A stretch of 64,000 nucleotides of DNA from Candidatus Sericytochromatia bacterium (GTDB lineage: Bacteria > Cyanobacteriota > Sericytochromatia > S15B-MN24 > UBA4093). The stretch lies in contig JAKFCT010000045.1 of the NCBI GenBank assembly GCA_036676495.1, positions 18,898 to 82,897 on the forward strand, in the 5' to 3' direction. Shown piece after piece: positions 8,999 through 19,321 of this stretch; the stretch's first letter is position 1, and the number at the start of each line of letters is the position of its first letter. Made by a program: the position numbers and the translations under genes. Under the pieces are notes generated by a model. The model worked only from the letters and a program-made list of their open reading frames with translations, had not been told where the DNA came from and made no database searches.

Positions 8999-10222
8999 CT
9001 AGGGCGTCCGCAGCTTGGGTTCGGCGAGGAACCGATGGGCCAGGAAGGCGACCGTGCCGCAGGTGGCCATCACGAGGGCCAGCGGCAGGGCGCTGCCGTC
9101 GTGCAGGCGCCCGATCATGGCGCTCGCGACGGCGGCCAGCCCGAATTGAAGCGAGCCCATGACCGCCGAGGCGAAACCCGCCCGCCGGCCGTGAGGCTCC
9201 AGGGCCGTTGCCGTCGCGTTGGGCATGACGAAGCCCAGCGATGCCACGTAGCCGAAGAGCGGAAGCAGCAAGCCCCAGAGTCCGCCGAAGCCGCTCCCGA
9301 CCGCTCCGGCGAGGGCGAGCCCGAAGACGGCCGGCGCCAGCATCGTGAGTCGCAACAAGCCGCGGGGAGGCCGGGACTTGAGCAGCCAGCCGTTGATCTG
9401 GGAGGCGGCGATCAGACCCAGGGCGTTCACCCCGAAGATCCAGCTGTAGGCCGAGGCGGAGACCTGGTGCAGTTCGATCAGGACGAACGGCGAGCCCGAG
9501 ATGTAGGCGAACATTCCGGCGTTGGCCATGCTGCCGGCCAGGGTGAAGCCCAGGAAGTGCCGGTCTTTGAGCAGGTGGCGCAGGTCGTCTCCCAGCGAGG
9601 TCGCGGCGTTGGAGGGGCGGGTGGCGGCGGGGCGCGTCTCCGGCAAGCCTCCGGCGGCGGCGAGGAGGGCGATCGCCCCGAAGGCCGCCAGCGCGACGAA
9701 GATCGCCTGCCAGCCGAAGAAGGCCAGCAAGCCTGCTCCCGCCATGGGCGCGAGGATCGGCGCGACTCCCATCACCAGGGTCATCAGCGAGAAGACCCGG
9801 GCCGCGTCCTGCACCGGAAAGACGTCCCGGACGACGGCCCGCGCGATGACCATCGCGGCGCAGCCCCCCATGGCCTGGAGGAAGCGGAACGCCACCAGGG
9901 CCCAGATGTTCGGGGCGAAGGCGCAGCCGAACGAGGCGAGCGTGAAGAGGCCGAGCCCCACCAGCATCGGCTTCTTGCGCCCCAGACGATCCGAGATCGG
10001 GCCGTAGAGCAACTGCCCGAGCGCCAGCCCGATGAAGTAGACGGCGAGCGTCAGCTGCACGTCCCGGGTCGCCGCCCCCAGATCCTTCCCGATGCTCGGA
10101 AGGCTGGGCAGGTACATGTCGATGGAGGCGGGGCCGATGGCCGTCAGCGCTCCCAGCAGGACGATCAGGGCCGCGGTCGCCGCGGGATGCGCGGCCGTGC
10201 CGGCGGGGGAGGTCGTCTTCAA
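8999..10222 (-). CDS. Bcr/CflA-family MFS multidrug efflux transporter
   Basis: IDMYLPSLP, GPISDRLGRK, RFLQAMGG, ARAVVRD. Confidence 0.93.
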   Translation of the reverse strand: MKTTSPAGTAAHPAATAALIVLLGALTAIGPASIDMYLPSLPSIGKDLGAATRDVQLTLAVYFIGLALGQLLYGPISDRLGRKKPMLVGLGLFTLASFGCAFAPNIWALVAFRFLQAMGGCAAMVIARAVVRDVFPVQDAARVFSLMTLVMGVAPILAPMAGAGLLAFFGWQAIFVALAAFGAIALLAAAGGLPETRPAATRPSNAATSLGDDLRHLLKDRHFLGFTLAGSMANAGMFAYISGSPFVLIELHQVSASAYSWIFGVNALGLIAASQINGWLLKSRPPRGLLRLTMLAPAVFGLALAGAVGSGFGGLWGLLLPLFGYVASLGFVMPNATATALEPHGRRAGFASAVMGSLQFGLAAVASAMIGRLHDGSALPLALVMATCGTVAFLAHRFLAEPKLRTP

Positions 10223-10388
10223 TCAGGGTGCTCCAAGGTGCCGGAACGCCCAGCGTTCCGCGTTGGGTCATGGCTGCAGGCCCCCTCAGGGCCTGGGCCT
10301 TATTCTACCAGGAGAATGCCGTCGTTTCGCCCGTTCGAGGGAGCCGGCGGGGCCAAGCCGCCTGCGGCACGGCCCCAGGCGGCAGGCA

Positions 10389-10814
10389 TCACTGGGGGCG
10401 ACGCTGCTTCAGGACGTGATCGAGGCTCCAGGGCCCGGAGCCGTTCCCGGCGAGGAAGAGGAAGATGAGCATGTAGAGGAGCGCGAGCTCCCCGGCGTTC
10501 AGGATCGGCCACGGTCCCCGGGGGACGTGGGCCATGACGTAGGCGACGAGCATCTGGAGGGCGAGGATCAGGGCCACCGGGCGCGTCAGCAGTCCGAGGA
10601 CGATGAGCAGGCCCCCGAAGAACTCCAGGACCCCCGCGAGGCCCATCAGCGAGACGAGCGGGACGGCCTGTTCGCCGAGCACGCCGAAGAGCTTCTGGGC
10701 GCCGTGCTGCATGAAGAGCAATCCCGCGCCGATCCTCAGGATCGCATGCAGTGCGGGGCCCAGGACCGCCAGGGGGGAAGTTCCGGCGGAATAGGAGTCG
10801 GGGTGCTTGGCCAT
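10389..10814 (-). CDS. DoxX-family membrane protein (paralog 1)
   Basis: LRIGAGLLFMQHGAQKLFG, LEFFGGLLIVLGLLTR, G.GPWSLD. Confidence 0.9.
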   Translation of the reverse strand: MAKHPDSYSAGTSPLAVLGPALHAILRIGAGLLFMQHGAQKLFGVLGEQAVPLVSLMGLAGVLEFFGGLLIVLGLLTRPVALILALQMLVAYVMAHVPRGPWPILNAGELALLYMLIFLFLAGNGSGPWSLDHVLKQRRPQ

Positions 10815-10874
10815 GGCGTCCTCCTCGGGGTGACCCGTGCGAAAGGCCTTGCCGCACGGCAAGGATTCTCCTTT

Positions 10875-10901
10875 CGGATTGTCACATATCGTAACAATCC
10901 G
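10875..10901. promoter_or_regulatory. candidate operator between the DoxX paralogs
   Basis: CGGATTGTCAC-N5-GTAACAATCCG, 10/11 inverted match. Confidence 0.55.
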
Positions 10902-10958
10902 GATTCCCCGAGGCAAGGCCTCTGCGCGGGACCTCGCTCCCCGTGGCGAGTTTCGGGG

Positions 10959-11396
10959 TCAGCGCCCGCGCCGGCTGCGCAGCCAGGCGTCGAGGCTCCA
11001 GGGGCCCGCACCGTTGGCAGCGACGAAGGCGAAGATCAGCGCGTAAAGGAGGGCCATCTCGCCGCGATTGAGGATCGGCAAAGCCCCCTGACCCGCATGG
11101 CCGACGACGTACGCCGCGATCATCAACAGGCACATGAGGGCGCTGGCCGGGCGCGTCAGCAGACCGAGGGCGATCAGGATGCCGCCGAAAAACTCCACCA
11201 CCCCGGCGAACCCGTACTGGGTGAAGAGGGGCACCGCGTCCTTGCCCAGCACCCCGAAGAGCTTCTGGGCGCCGTGCGGAATCATCAGGAGCGCGGCGCC
11301 GATCCGCAAGATTGCGTGGGTCGGGGGCGCGACGGCGGCCAGCATGGCAAAGGGCGAGCCGACGCTCTGGGGGGACGTGGGGGCATTGGGGGTCAT
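10959..11396 (-). CDS. DoxX-family membrane protein (paralog 2)
   Basis: HGAQKLFG, VEFFGGILIALGLLTR, GAGPWSLD. Confidence 0.9.
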   Translation of the reverse strand: MTPNAPTSPQSVGSPFAMLAAVAPPTHAILRIGAALLMIPHGAQKLFGVLGKDAVPLFTQYGFAGVVEFFGGILIALGLLTRPASALMCLLMIAAYVVGHAGQGALPILNRGEMALLYALIFAFVAANGAGPWSLDAWLRSRRGR

Positions 11397-11443
11397 CGTT
11401 CCTCCTTGGGGATCTCCCGGCCCTCGGGGGGGATTGCGCGGGA

Positions 11444-13534
11444 TTAAGGACGGGAAAGTGGCGTCCGGCAGGCATGAGCGCCGATCGGAGTCGTTGGCAT
11501 GGTATCAGCGGGTGGATTTGGGGGCAACTCCGACGCTCCGGTCTCTCGGTCTCCTTCGGAGCTTCGGCGTGCGGCCGGCGCGGGAGCGTAGAGGGTATAG
11601 CGGTTCCTGCCGGCCTGTTTCGAGGCGTACATGGCCGCGTCCGCTTGCTGGACCAGGGTCTCGGCGTCGGGGGCCAGCTCCGGGAAGAGGCTGATGCCGA
11701 TGCTCGGCGTGACCGTGAGCGGCACTCCGTCGATCTCGAAGGTCTTGGGCAGGGCTTGCAGGATCTTCTGGGCGACCGTGATGGCCCCGTGGGGGCCGTC
11801 GACGACGGGGAGCAAGACGGTGAACTCGTCCCCGCCGAGGCGGGCGACGGTGTCGCTCGAGCGCACGCAGGAGCGCAGGCGGTGGGCGACGTCTTGAAGC
11901 AAGGTATCGCCGGCGGCATGGCCCAAGGCGTCGTTCACGTTCTTGAAGTGATCCAGGTCCAGGTAAAGGAGCGCCATCGGGGTGTTGTTTCGCCGCGCTT
12001 TCACCATGGCTTGGTCCAGCCGATCGGCGAAGAGCATGCGGTTCGGGAGGCCCGTCAAGGCGTCATGGAAGGCCTGATGCGCGATCACTTCCTCTTGCTG
12101 CTTGCGGGCGGTGATGTCTTCGATCAGGGCCACCATGAAGTCGAGCGTGCCGTCTTGCCGCCGGACTCCGGTCACGGCCAGGTTCGCCCAGACGGTCCGG
12201 CCATCCTTGCAGATGTAGCGCTTCTCCATGTGGTAGGCGCTCCGCTCGCCGCGCAGCATCTCCCGGCGGTAGCGCTGATTCTCGGCGTGATCGTCGAGCA
12301 GGGTGAACTGGGACCAGTGCGTGTCCTGCAGCTCCTCCTCGGTGTAGCCGAGCATGCGCTGGAAAGCCGGGTTGGTATGCACGATCGTGCCTTCGGGGGT
12401 CGTCTGGACGATGCCGAGGGCCGCATGATCGTGGATGGCCCGGAAGCGTTCCTCGCTTTCGCGCAGGGCATGGGTCATTTCCAGGGCGAGCGCGCGGGCC
12501 CGGGCTCGGTGCGAGATCAAACTCCAGGCGATCCCGAAGAGCAGGAAGCTGATGATCACCCCGCCCAGGAACCAGCCCTGCCGGCCGAACCCCGCCTGGG
12601 CCTCGAACTCCGGCCGGCTCTTCACTTGCAGGGTCCAGGTGCTGTTGTTGAGCGCGAAGGGGCGCGTCTGGCCGTAGAGGCTTTCCCGTTTCGAACCGGT
12701 TTTCGGCCGCTCTGCGCCCGAGTCGTAAAGGAGCTCCCCGGACCCGAAAGTTGCTCCGTCGGCGATCATGAGGTCCAGGTCCGGGAACTGGTCTCCCATG
12801 ATGCCGCGCATGAGGTCGTTCATCCGGAAGGGGGCGTAGACGAAGCCCTTCAGGGCCTCGCGTCGCTGTGACGGGGTGGCGAGGGGCATGCCGTCGCGGT
12901 AGACCGGGACGTAGAGGAGGAACCCCGCCTGGCGATCCCGATCCGTTTCCTGCACCAGGGTGACCTTGCGGCTGAAGGCCGGCGAGCCCGTGTCCCGGGC
13001 CAGGTCCATGGCCGCTTGGCGAATGGGTTCGGAGTGCATGTCGTAGCCGAAGGCGCGTAGGTTGCGCCCGCTGAACGGCTCCAGGTAGATGATGGAGTGG
13101 TACTCCGCGCGCGCTCCCGGCGGGGTCACGACGTAGCCGGGAAAGCCCTCCGCCCGGATCCGGCGCTGATGCGCCTCCAGGTCGGCGGCGGGGATGCGCT
13201 GCGTGTAGCCGATCCCGAGGATGCCGGGGAAGCGGGTCTCGAGGTCCAGGGAGTCGATGTAGGTGCGCCACTGACGCCGATCCACCTCGCCGACGGCCTC
13301 GAAGAGCCCGACCCCTCCGCTCAGCAGGCCCTCGTAGCTGAGCATGCGGGTGTGAATCGCGCGCTCCATCTGCTCGGCTCTCAGGAGGAAGCGCTGCTGC
13401 GCCGCCTCGCGCTCGCGCACGTTGCCCAACTGCCAGGCGATCGCCGTGCAACAGAGGCCGAGCGCCAGCACGATCCATGCCGGGAGCAACCCCGAGAAGC
13501 GCGAGGAGAAGGAGGGGCGGGAGGCATGCGACAT
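11444..13534 (-). CDS. CHASE-PAS-GGDEF diguanylate cyclase
   Basis: CHASE motif IIYLEPFSGRNLRAFGYDM; PAS; HDALTGLPNR, RSSD I-site and intact GGDEF; likely start 13534. Confidence 0.93.
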   Translation of the reverse strand: MSHASRPSFSSRFSGLLPAWIVLALGLCCTAIAWQLGNVREREAAQQRFLLRAEQMERAIHTRMLSYEGLLSGGVGLFEAVGEVDRRQWRTYIDSLDLETRFPGILGIGYTQRIPAADLEAHQRRIRAEGFPGYVVTPPGARAEYHSIIYLEPFSGRNLRAFGYDMHSEPIRQAAMDLARDTGSPAFSRKVTLVQETDRDRQAGFLLYVPVYRDGMPLATPSQRREALKGFVYAPFRMNDLMRGIMGDQFPDLDLMIADGATFGSGELLYDSGAERPKTGSKRESLYGQTRPFALNNSTWTLQVKSRPEFEAQAGFGRQGWFLGGVIISFLLFGIAWSLISHRARARALALEMTHALRESEERFRAIHDHAALGIVQTTPEGTIVHTNPAFQRMLGYTEEELQDTHWSQFTLLDDHAENQRYRREMLRGERSAYHMEKRYICKDGRTVWANLAVTGVRRQDGTLDFMVALIEDITARKQQEEVIAHQAFHDALTGLPNRMLFADRLDQAMVKARRNNTPMALLYLDLDHFKNVNDALGHAAGDTLLQDVAHRLRSCVRSSDTVARLGGDEFTVLLPVVDGPHGAITVAQKILQALPKTFEIDGVPLTVTPSIGISLFPELAPDAETLVQQADAAMYASKQAGRNRYTLYAPAPAARRSSEGDRETGASELPPNPPADTMPTTPIGAHACRTPLSRP

Positions 13535-13693
13535 GGCGAGGGCTCCAGGAATCGACGGCGGTGGAACGAGGACTTGCCTGGAGTATAGGATGCTTCCTTG
13601 CTTAGAGCGAGCGTAGTTATCCCCGAGCGGCGGCCCTGAGGCCACTTCAGGCATGCGATCGCGCGCAAACGCTGGCGGTGATGCCGTGGGAGG

Positions 13694-15601
13694 TTATTCG
13701 GGAAGCGGCAGGGTGAACCAGAAGGTGCTGCCTTCTCCGGGCCGGCTTCGAACGCCGATCTGGCCGCCGTGGGCTTCCACGAAGGCTTTGCTGATGGTCA
13801 GGCCCAGGCCGGTCCCGCCGACCCGCCGGGTCGAGCTCATGTCGACCTGGGAGAAGGGCTTGAAGAGCTTGGCGACGGACTCCTCGGAGATGCCGGGCCC
13901 GGTATCCGTCACCTCGGTGAGGATGGTGTCGCCGGCGTGCCGGACGCGCACTTGGATCTCGCCTCCCTGGGGCGTGAATTTGATGGCGTTGTCCACCAGG
14001 TTGGTCAGCACCTGGATCAGGCGGCGGGCGTCGACCATGAGCCGGGGGTGGTCCTGGGCGTCCAGGGTGAGGGAGATCTGCTTCTGATCGCTGAGGGGGC
14101 GCAGGGGAGCGAGCGCCTCCTGGACGATGGGGACGTAGTCGGCGAGATCCGGCTCGATGTGGAGCTTTCCGGCCTGGATCCGGCTCATGTCGAGCAGGTT
14201 GTTGACCAGCTCCAGCATGCGGTCGGCGCCGTTCAAGATCTTGTGAATGTACGATTGCTGCGTCTCGTTGAGGGGGCCGGCCACCTCGTCTTCGAGGATG
14301 CTGGCGAAGCCGGTGATGAAGTTGAGGGGCGTGCGCAGCTCGTGGCTGATGACCGAGAGGAACTCGTCCTTGTAGCGGTCGGCCGTTCGAAGGGCCTCGT
14401 TGGCTTTCTCCAGCTCGGCGCTGCGCTGGGCGATCGCCGCTTCGGCTTGCTTGCGTTCGGTGATGTCCCGGATCACGGCCAGCACCGCCGGTAGATCTTC
14501 GCCCTCCAGCGGGCTGAGGCTGACCTCGATGGGGAACTCCGTGCCGTCCTTGCGCTCGGCGGACAGCTCCAGCCCCGAGCCCATCGGGCGCATGCGCGGG
14601 GCCATGAAGAAGCCCCGCAGGTGATGGCCATGGGCGGCGCGAAAGCGCGCGGGCATGAGGATCTCGACGGGCTGGCCGACTAGCTCCGCTTGGCTGTAGC
14701 CGAAGATCTGCTCCGTCTGGGGGCTGGCCAGCGTGATCCGGCCCTCCTGGTTGACCAGGATGGTGGGATCGGGGGAGGCCTCCAGGATTCTCCGGAACTG
14801 CCGCTCGGCCTTCTTGAGGGTTTCGTAGGCCTGGGAGGTGACGACATCCTCCAGGCGCTGCTTGTAGGAGCTGAGGAGGGCGATCGTGAGGATGATCAGG
14901 GTTCCGGCGGCGATCGCGGCGCCGCCCAGGCTGCCGATTTGCAGGACAGGGGCCTGGGTGGGGGTGGGAGTCACGGAGAAGTGGGCGGCGGCCATGCCGA
15001 CGTAGTGCATCCCGGAAATCGCCACTCCGACCAGCGTGGCGCTGGCGATCCGCAGGCCGCTCCAGACCGTGGAGGCTTGCTCGCGCAGCCGGAAGGTCAG
15101 CCAGAGGGCCGCGATCGAGCCGGCGACGGCGATCACCAGGGAGGCCATGACGAGCCATGGATCATAGCCGGTGACCGTGGGCATGCGCATGGCGGCCATG
15201 CCGACGTAGTGCATCGCGGCGATCCCGAAGCCCATGAGGAAGCCGCCGGCGATGAGGTTCCGGGGGCGGATGCGCGGCCGGCTCGCGACCCAGAGCGCCC
15301 ACCATGACGCGGCGATCGCCACCAGCATCGAGGCGACGGTCAGCGTCACGTCGTAGGTCATCAGGGTCTGACCCACGTGGAAGGCCAGCATGCCGGTGAA
15401 ATGCATCGACCAGATGCCCAGGCCCATGGCGAAGGCCCCTCCCGCCAGCCAGAGCCGGCGCGAGAGCCCCTGGGAAAGCGCGACGCGGCCCGCCATGTCG
15501 AGGGCCGTGTAGCCCGCTCCGATGGCGATCGCCACCGAGAGGATCACCAGGATCGGATCGTAGCCGCTCGCCGCGGCCGCGGCACCACCTGCTGCAGTCA
15601 T
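13694..15601 (-). CDS. MHYT-PAS sensor histidine kinase
   Basis: MHFTGM and two MHYVGM repeats, PAS, SHELRTPL, NAIKF, DTGPG, GTGLGL. Confidence 0.93.
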   Translation of the reverse strand: MTAAGGAAAAASGYDPILVILSVAIAIGAGYTALDMAGRVALSQGLSRRLWLAGGAFAMGLGIWSMHFTGMLAFHVGQTLMTYDVTLTVASMLVAIAASWWALWVASRPRIRPRNLIAGGFLMGFGIAAMHYVGMAAMRMPTVTGYDPWLVMASLVIAVAGSIAALWLTFRLREQASTVWSGLRIASATLVGVAISGMHYVGMAAAHFSVTPTPTQAPVLQIGSLGGAAIAAGTLIILTIALLSSYKQRLEDVVTSQAYETLKKAERQFRRILEASPDPTILVNQEGRITLASPQTEQIFGYSQAELVGQPVEILMPARFRAAHGHHLRGFFMAPRMRPMGSGLELSAERKDGTEFPIEVSLSPLEGEDLPAVLAVIRDITERKQAEAAIAQRSAELEKANEALRTADRYKDEFLSVISHELRTPLNFITGFASILEDEVAGPLNETQQSYIHKILNGADRMLELVNNLLDMSRIQAGKLHIEPDLADYVPIVQEALAPLRPLSDQKQISLTLDAQDHPRLMVDARRLIQVLTNLVDNAIKFTPQGGEIQVRVRHAGDTILTEVTDTGPGISEESVAKLFKPFSQVDMSSTRRVGGTGLGLTISKAFVEAHGGQIGVRSRPGEGSTFWFTLPLPE

Positions 15602-15706
15602 GAGGCCATCCGGTTTCTAGTACCCCGTCGAGGGCGACATCAGGCCTCATTATCTCATGTTTAGCGCGGGGCGCGCGGGGGATCCCCGTCCTCCCCTTGC
15701 CGCGGC

Positions 15707-15985
15707 TTACGCTTGTTTCTTCTTGATCGCCGTGATCAGCTCGCTGAGCGTCCCCGAGGAAGGCCGGGCGGCTCCAAATTCCGTCGTGTCGGCTCCCAGG
15801 GCCGAGAGGCGCTGGAGCATGACCTCCGCCGATTCCGCGTAGAGCGTGACGGCCAGCATCACGCTATCGGTATCATGCGGCTTTCGGCCGATCAGGCAGT
15901 TGGCGAAGTTCTCGCGGATGGCGGCGACGACCTTCGTGGTTTCCGAGGCCGGAACCAGGAAGGTGATGCTTTGACGCTGCTTCAT
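15707..15985 (-). CDS. hypothetical protein (possible ACT/ferredoxin-like fold)
   Basis: 92 aa from MKQRQ; alternating beta/alpha pattern; 2 nt from the upstream stop. Confidence 0.55.
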   Translation of the reverse strand: MKQRQSITFLVPASETTKVVAAIRENFANCLIGRKPHDTDSVMLAVTLYAESAEVMLQRLSALGADTTEFGAARPSSGTLSELITAIKKKQA

Positions 15986-15987
15986 GC

Positions 15988-16395
15988 TCAGGCCTCGCTC
16001 GGCTCGGGAGGGGCGGCGGATTGGAACTGCCGGTCCAGGGGGGCGGGAAATTCGTCGTAGGCGAACCCTTGCGCCATGTGGGCCTTCAACGCGCGCCATT
16101 GCTCGGCGCTGACGTAGACGGTCTTCTCGCCGACCAGGGGATCTTGGATCATGAGGGGGCGGTTCCGGATCTTCTCAGGATCCGACGAGCGCATGCCCCA
16201 GGCGATTCCGGCCACGCCACCGACCATGACGCCGGCCCAGCCGGCAAAGAGCGCTCCCACGCCGAGCACGGTCGCCCCAGCCAGCGCTCCGGCGGTTCCG
16301 CCGGCGGTCGCTCCCGCGACGGCCCCCTTGAATACTCGGGAGGCGGCCCCAGGCTCGACGCTCAACGGGCGCTCCGAGAATTTGAACGATGTCAT
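15988..16395 (-). CDS. glycine-zipper membrane protein
   Basis: GAVAGATAGGTAGALAGA...GVMVGGVAG; start MTSF after a G-rich RBS. Confidence 0.6.
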   Translation of the reverse strand: MTSFKFSERPLSVEPGAASRVFKGAVAGATAGGTAGALAGATVLGVGALFAGWAGVMVGGVAGIAWGMRSSDPEKIRNRPLMIQDPLVGEKTVYVSAEQWRALKAHMAQGFAYDEFPAPLDRQFQSAAPPEPSEA

Positions 16396-16506
16396 TCCCC
16401 CCCCATCCTTCCGGAAAGACGCTTGCTTGCTACAGTCTTTCACGAAGCGGAGCCCCGGACGACCGTGGTTTCTGCGGAGTTTGGGAGGGGGCTGCGGGAT
16501 GGCGCG

Positions 16507-17421
16507 TCAGATCCAGCGGCGGGACTTGAAGACGATCAGCATGGCGAGGGCGGTCACGCCCATCAGGGCCAGGATGGCCTCGAAGGCATGAGGCGTTCCC
16601 CCGAACGGCAGTCGGACGTTCATCCCGTAGAGCCCGGAGACCAGGGTCAGGGGCAGGATGATCACGGAGATGATGGTGAGGGCCTGGATGACCTCGTTGG
16701 TGCGGTGCGAGATCAAGGAGTCATGGGTGTCGTTGAGGGCCTCGATGATGCCCTTCTGGTCCTCCAGGGATTCCCAGACCCGGGCGAGGTGGTCGCCGAT
16801 ATCCGAGAAGTACACCTCGAGGTCCTCGTGGATCAGCCGGCTCTTGAGATATTCCAGGCGGGAGATGACGGGCATCAAGGGCTTGACGATCCGGCGGTAG
16901 GCGATGATGTCGCGCCGCAGGACCGAGATCTCCTCGACCGTCTCGCGGCCGCCGTGCTCGAAGATCATGTCCTCGATTTCCTGGACGTTGCGCTCGATCT
17001 TGTAGACGAGCGGGAAGAAGTGATCGACCAGGTCGTCGATGATCCGGTACAAGAGGTAGCCCGAGCCCATGCTCATGCTCTCCTCGCGCCGATTCTCGGC
17101 TTGCTCGCAGGCCTCGAACTTGCGGTCCAGCGGCCAGACCCGCCCCTTGTGGATGGTGATCAGGAAGTCCGGCCCCACGAAGATGTCCACCTCGGACGGC
17201 GTCGTCACCCGCAGCTCCTTGTCGTAGACCGGGAACTGCAGCACCAGGAAGAGGTAATCGTCGTACTCGTCCAGCTTCGGGCGCTGCCAACGGCTGGTCA
17301 GGTCGTCGAAGTCCAGCGGGTGGAACGGGAAGTTCTCCTCGAGGTAGGCGATGTCTTCGGCGCTCGCCTGGGGGATGTCGAGCCAGCGCAGGCCCTGGTA
17401 GCGGATCTCGCGAATCGCCAT
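16507..17421 (-). CDS. corA: CorA Mg2+/Co2+ transporter
   Basis: HPL..DD, RPKLD.Y, GLYGMNV signature, two C-terminal TMs. Confidence 0.93.
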   Translation of the reverse strand: MAIREIRYQGLRWLDIPQASAEDIAYLEENFPFHPLDFDDLTSRWQRPKLDEYDDYLFLVLQFPVYDKELRVTTPSEVDIFVGPDFLITIHKGRVWPLDRKFEACEQAENRREESMSMGSGYLLYRIIDDLVDHFFPLVYKIERNVQEIEDMIFEHGGRETVEEISVLRRDIIAYRRIVKPLMPVISRLEYLKSRLIHEDLEVYFSDIGDHLARVWESLEDQKGIIEALNDTHDSLISHRTNEVIQALTIISVIILPLTLVSGLYGMNVRLPFGGTPHAFEAILALMGVTALAMLIVFKSRRWI

Positions 17422-17424
17422 AAT

Positions 17425-18312
17425 CTACACCTGACGCCGGGTCTTGGGATCCAGCAAGTCTCTGAGGCCGTCACCCAGGAGGTTGAAGCCCAGCACGACG
17501 AGCATGATGGCGAGGCCCGGGAAGGTCACGGTCCATGGAGCCGAGCGGATGAAGGCTCTGGCGTTGTTCAGCATGGTGCCCCATTCGGGCAGGGGAGGTT
17601 GGGCGCCGAGTCCCAGGAAGGAGAGGCCGGCGGTCTCGAGGATGGCGGTGGCGATGCCGAGGGTGGCCTGGACCATGAGCGGGGTGAGGCAATTGGGGAG
17701 GACGTGGCGGAAGACCACGGCGGCGTGCGAGGCGCCCGAGGCATGGGCGGCTTCCACGAACTCCTGGGATTTGACGCCCATGACCGAGGCTCGGACGAGC
17801 CGGGCGTAAACGGGGACGTTGACCAGCCCGATGGCGATCATGGCGTTGGTGAGGCTGGGGCCCATGATGGCGACGATCAGGATGGCCAAGAGGATGCCGG
17901 GGAAGGCCATCATGACGTCGATCCCCCGCATGATCGTCTCGTCCATCCACTTTCCGGCATACCCCGCGAGCGTGCCCAGGGTGGTGCCGAGGATCAGGGC
18001 GATCGCCACCGAGATCAGCCCCACCTGCAGGGAAATCCAGGCCCCGGCCACGATTCGCAAGGCGATGTCGCGGCCCAGGTCGTCGGTGCCCAGGGGGTGG
18101 GCGAGGCTGGGGGGGGAGAGGCGCTCGGCGAGGTTCTGGGCGGTGGGGTCGTAGGGCATGACTTGCCCCACGGCGGCCACGATCAGGAATCCCAGCACCA
18201 GAACGGCTCCCCAGACCGCCGAGCGGTTCCTGAGAAAGCGGCGCGCCCAGGCTTGCCAGCCCTCGGCGGGGGGAGTGTCGGTTGCGGCTTGGGGCACGAT
18301 CGTGGTCGCCAT
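17425..18312 (-). CDS. dppC: peptide ABC transporter permease
   Basis: HPLGTDDLGRD, EFVEAAHASGA, LSFLGLG..PP.PEWG. Confidence 0.9.
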   Translation of the reverse strand: MATTIVPQAATDTPPAEGWQAWARRFLRNRSAVWGAVLVLGFLIVAAVGQVMPYDPTAQNLAERLSPPSLAHPLGTDDLGRDIALRIVAGAWISLQVGLISVAIALILGTTLGTLAGYAGKWMDETIMRGIDVMMAFPGILLAILIVAIMGPSLTNAMIAIGLVNVPVYARLVRASVMGVKSQEFVEAAHASGASHAAVVFRHVLPNCLTPLMVQATLGIATAILETAGLSFLGLGAQPPLPEWGTMLNNARAFIRSAPWTVTFPGLAIMLVVLGFNLLGDGLRDLLDPKTRRQV

Positions 18313-18322
18313 CTAGTCTTCC

Positions 18323-19321
18323 CTATCGCAGCCTCGGATCCATCCGGGTGTAAAGCAGGTCGGTGGCCAGGTTGACCAGCACGAAGCAGGTGGCGAAGAC
18401 CAGCACGCAGCCTTGCAGGACCGGGAAGTCCCGCGAGAATACCGATTGTACCGCCAAAGAGCCGATTCCGGGCCAGCTGAAAATGGTCTCGGTGATGACC
18501 GCTCCCGAGAGCAGGTAGCCGAGCTGGAGGCCGGCCACGGTGACGATGGGGATGGCGGCGTTCTTCAGGGCATGCCGCCAGACCACGGCGCGCTCGCCGA
18601 GGCCCTTGGCGCGGGCAGTGCGGACGTAGTCCGCTCCCAGCACCTCCAGCATGGCCGCGCGGGTCATGCGGGCGATGATGGCCATGGGCACGGTGGCCAG
18701 GGTCAGCGCCGGCAGGATCAGGTGAAGCCCCGCCGAGCGGAAGGCGGCGAAGTCCCCGCGCAGCAGGGAGTCCAGCAGGTAGAACCCCGTGACCGGGACG
18801 ATGTCCAGCGCGAGGTCCAGCCTCCCCGACAGCGGCAGGATCCGCAGCTGGGCCGAGAAGAGCAGCATCAGGACCAAGCCCAGCCAGAAGATGGGCATCG
18901 AGACACCAACGAGCGCCCCCGAGGTGCTCAGGACGTCGATCCAGGAGTTTTTGCGGGCGGCGGCCAGGATCCCCAGCGGGATGCCGACGATCAGGGCGAT
19001 CGCGAGCGCCGCCCCGCCCAGTTCGACCGTGGCGGGAAAGCGCTGGGAGATCTCCTGGGTCACCGGAGCGCCGGAGACGATGGAGCGGCCGAGGTCCCCG
19101 CGGGCCATGCGCCCGACGGTGGCGGCGAACTGAACCGGCAGGGGCTTGTCCAGGCCGAGGGATTCGCGGACCCGGGCGATCGCCTCGGGGCTGGCCCGCT
19201 CTCCCAGCATGACCTGTGCCGGGTCTCCCGGCACCAGCCTCACGGCCCCGAAGACGATCACGGTCACCCCGAAGAGGATGGGCACGAGCAGCAGCAGGCG
19301 GCGAAACAGCATCGCGATCAT
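18323..19321 (-). CDS. dppB: peptide ABC transporter permease
   Basis: Start MIAMLFRR at 19321; PGDPA, GLDKPL, DYVRTARAKGL, ETIFSWPGIG. Confidence 0.9.
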   Translation of the reverse strand: MIAMLFRRLLLLVPILFGVTVIVFGAVRLVPGDPAQVMLGERASPEAIARVRESLGLDKPLPVQFAATVGRMARGDLGRSIVSGAPVTQEISQRFPATVELGGAALAIALIVGIPLGILAAARKNSWIDVLSTSGALVGVSMPIFWLGLVLMLLFSAQLRILPLSGRLDLALDIVPVTGFYLLDSLLRGDFAAFRSAGLHLILPALTLATVPMAIIARMTRAAMLEVLGADYVRTARAKGLGERAVVWRHALKNAAIPIVTVAGLQLGYLLSGAVITETIFSWPGIGSLAVQSVFSRDFPVLQGCVLVFATCFVLVNLATDLLYTRMDPRLR

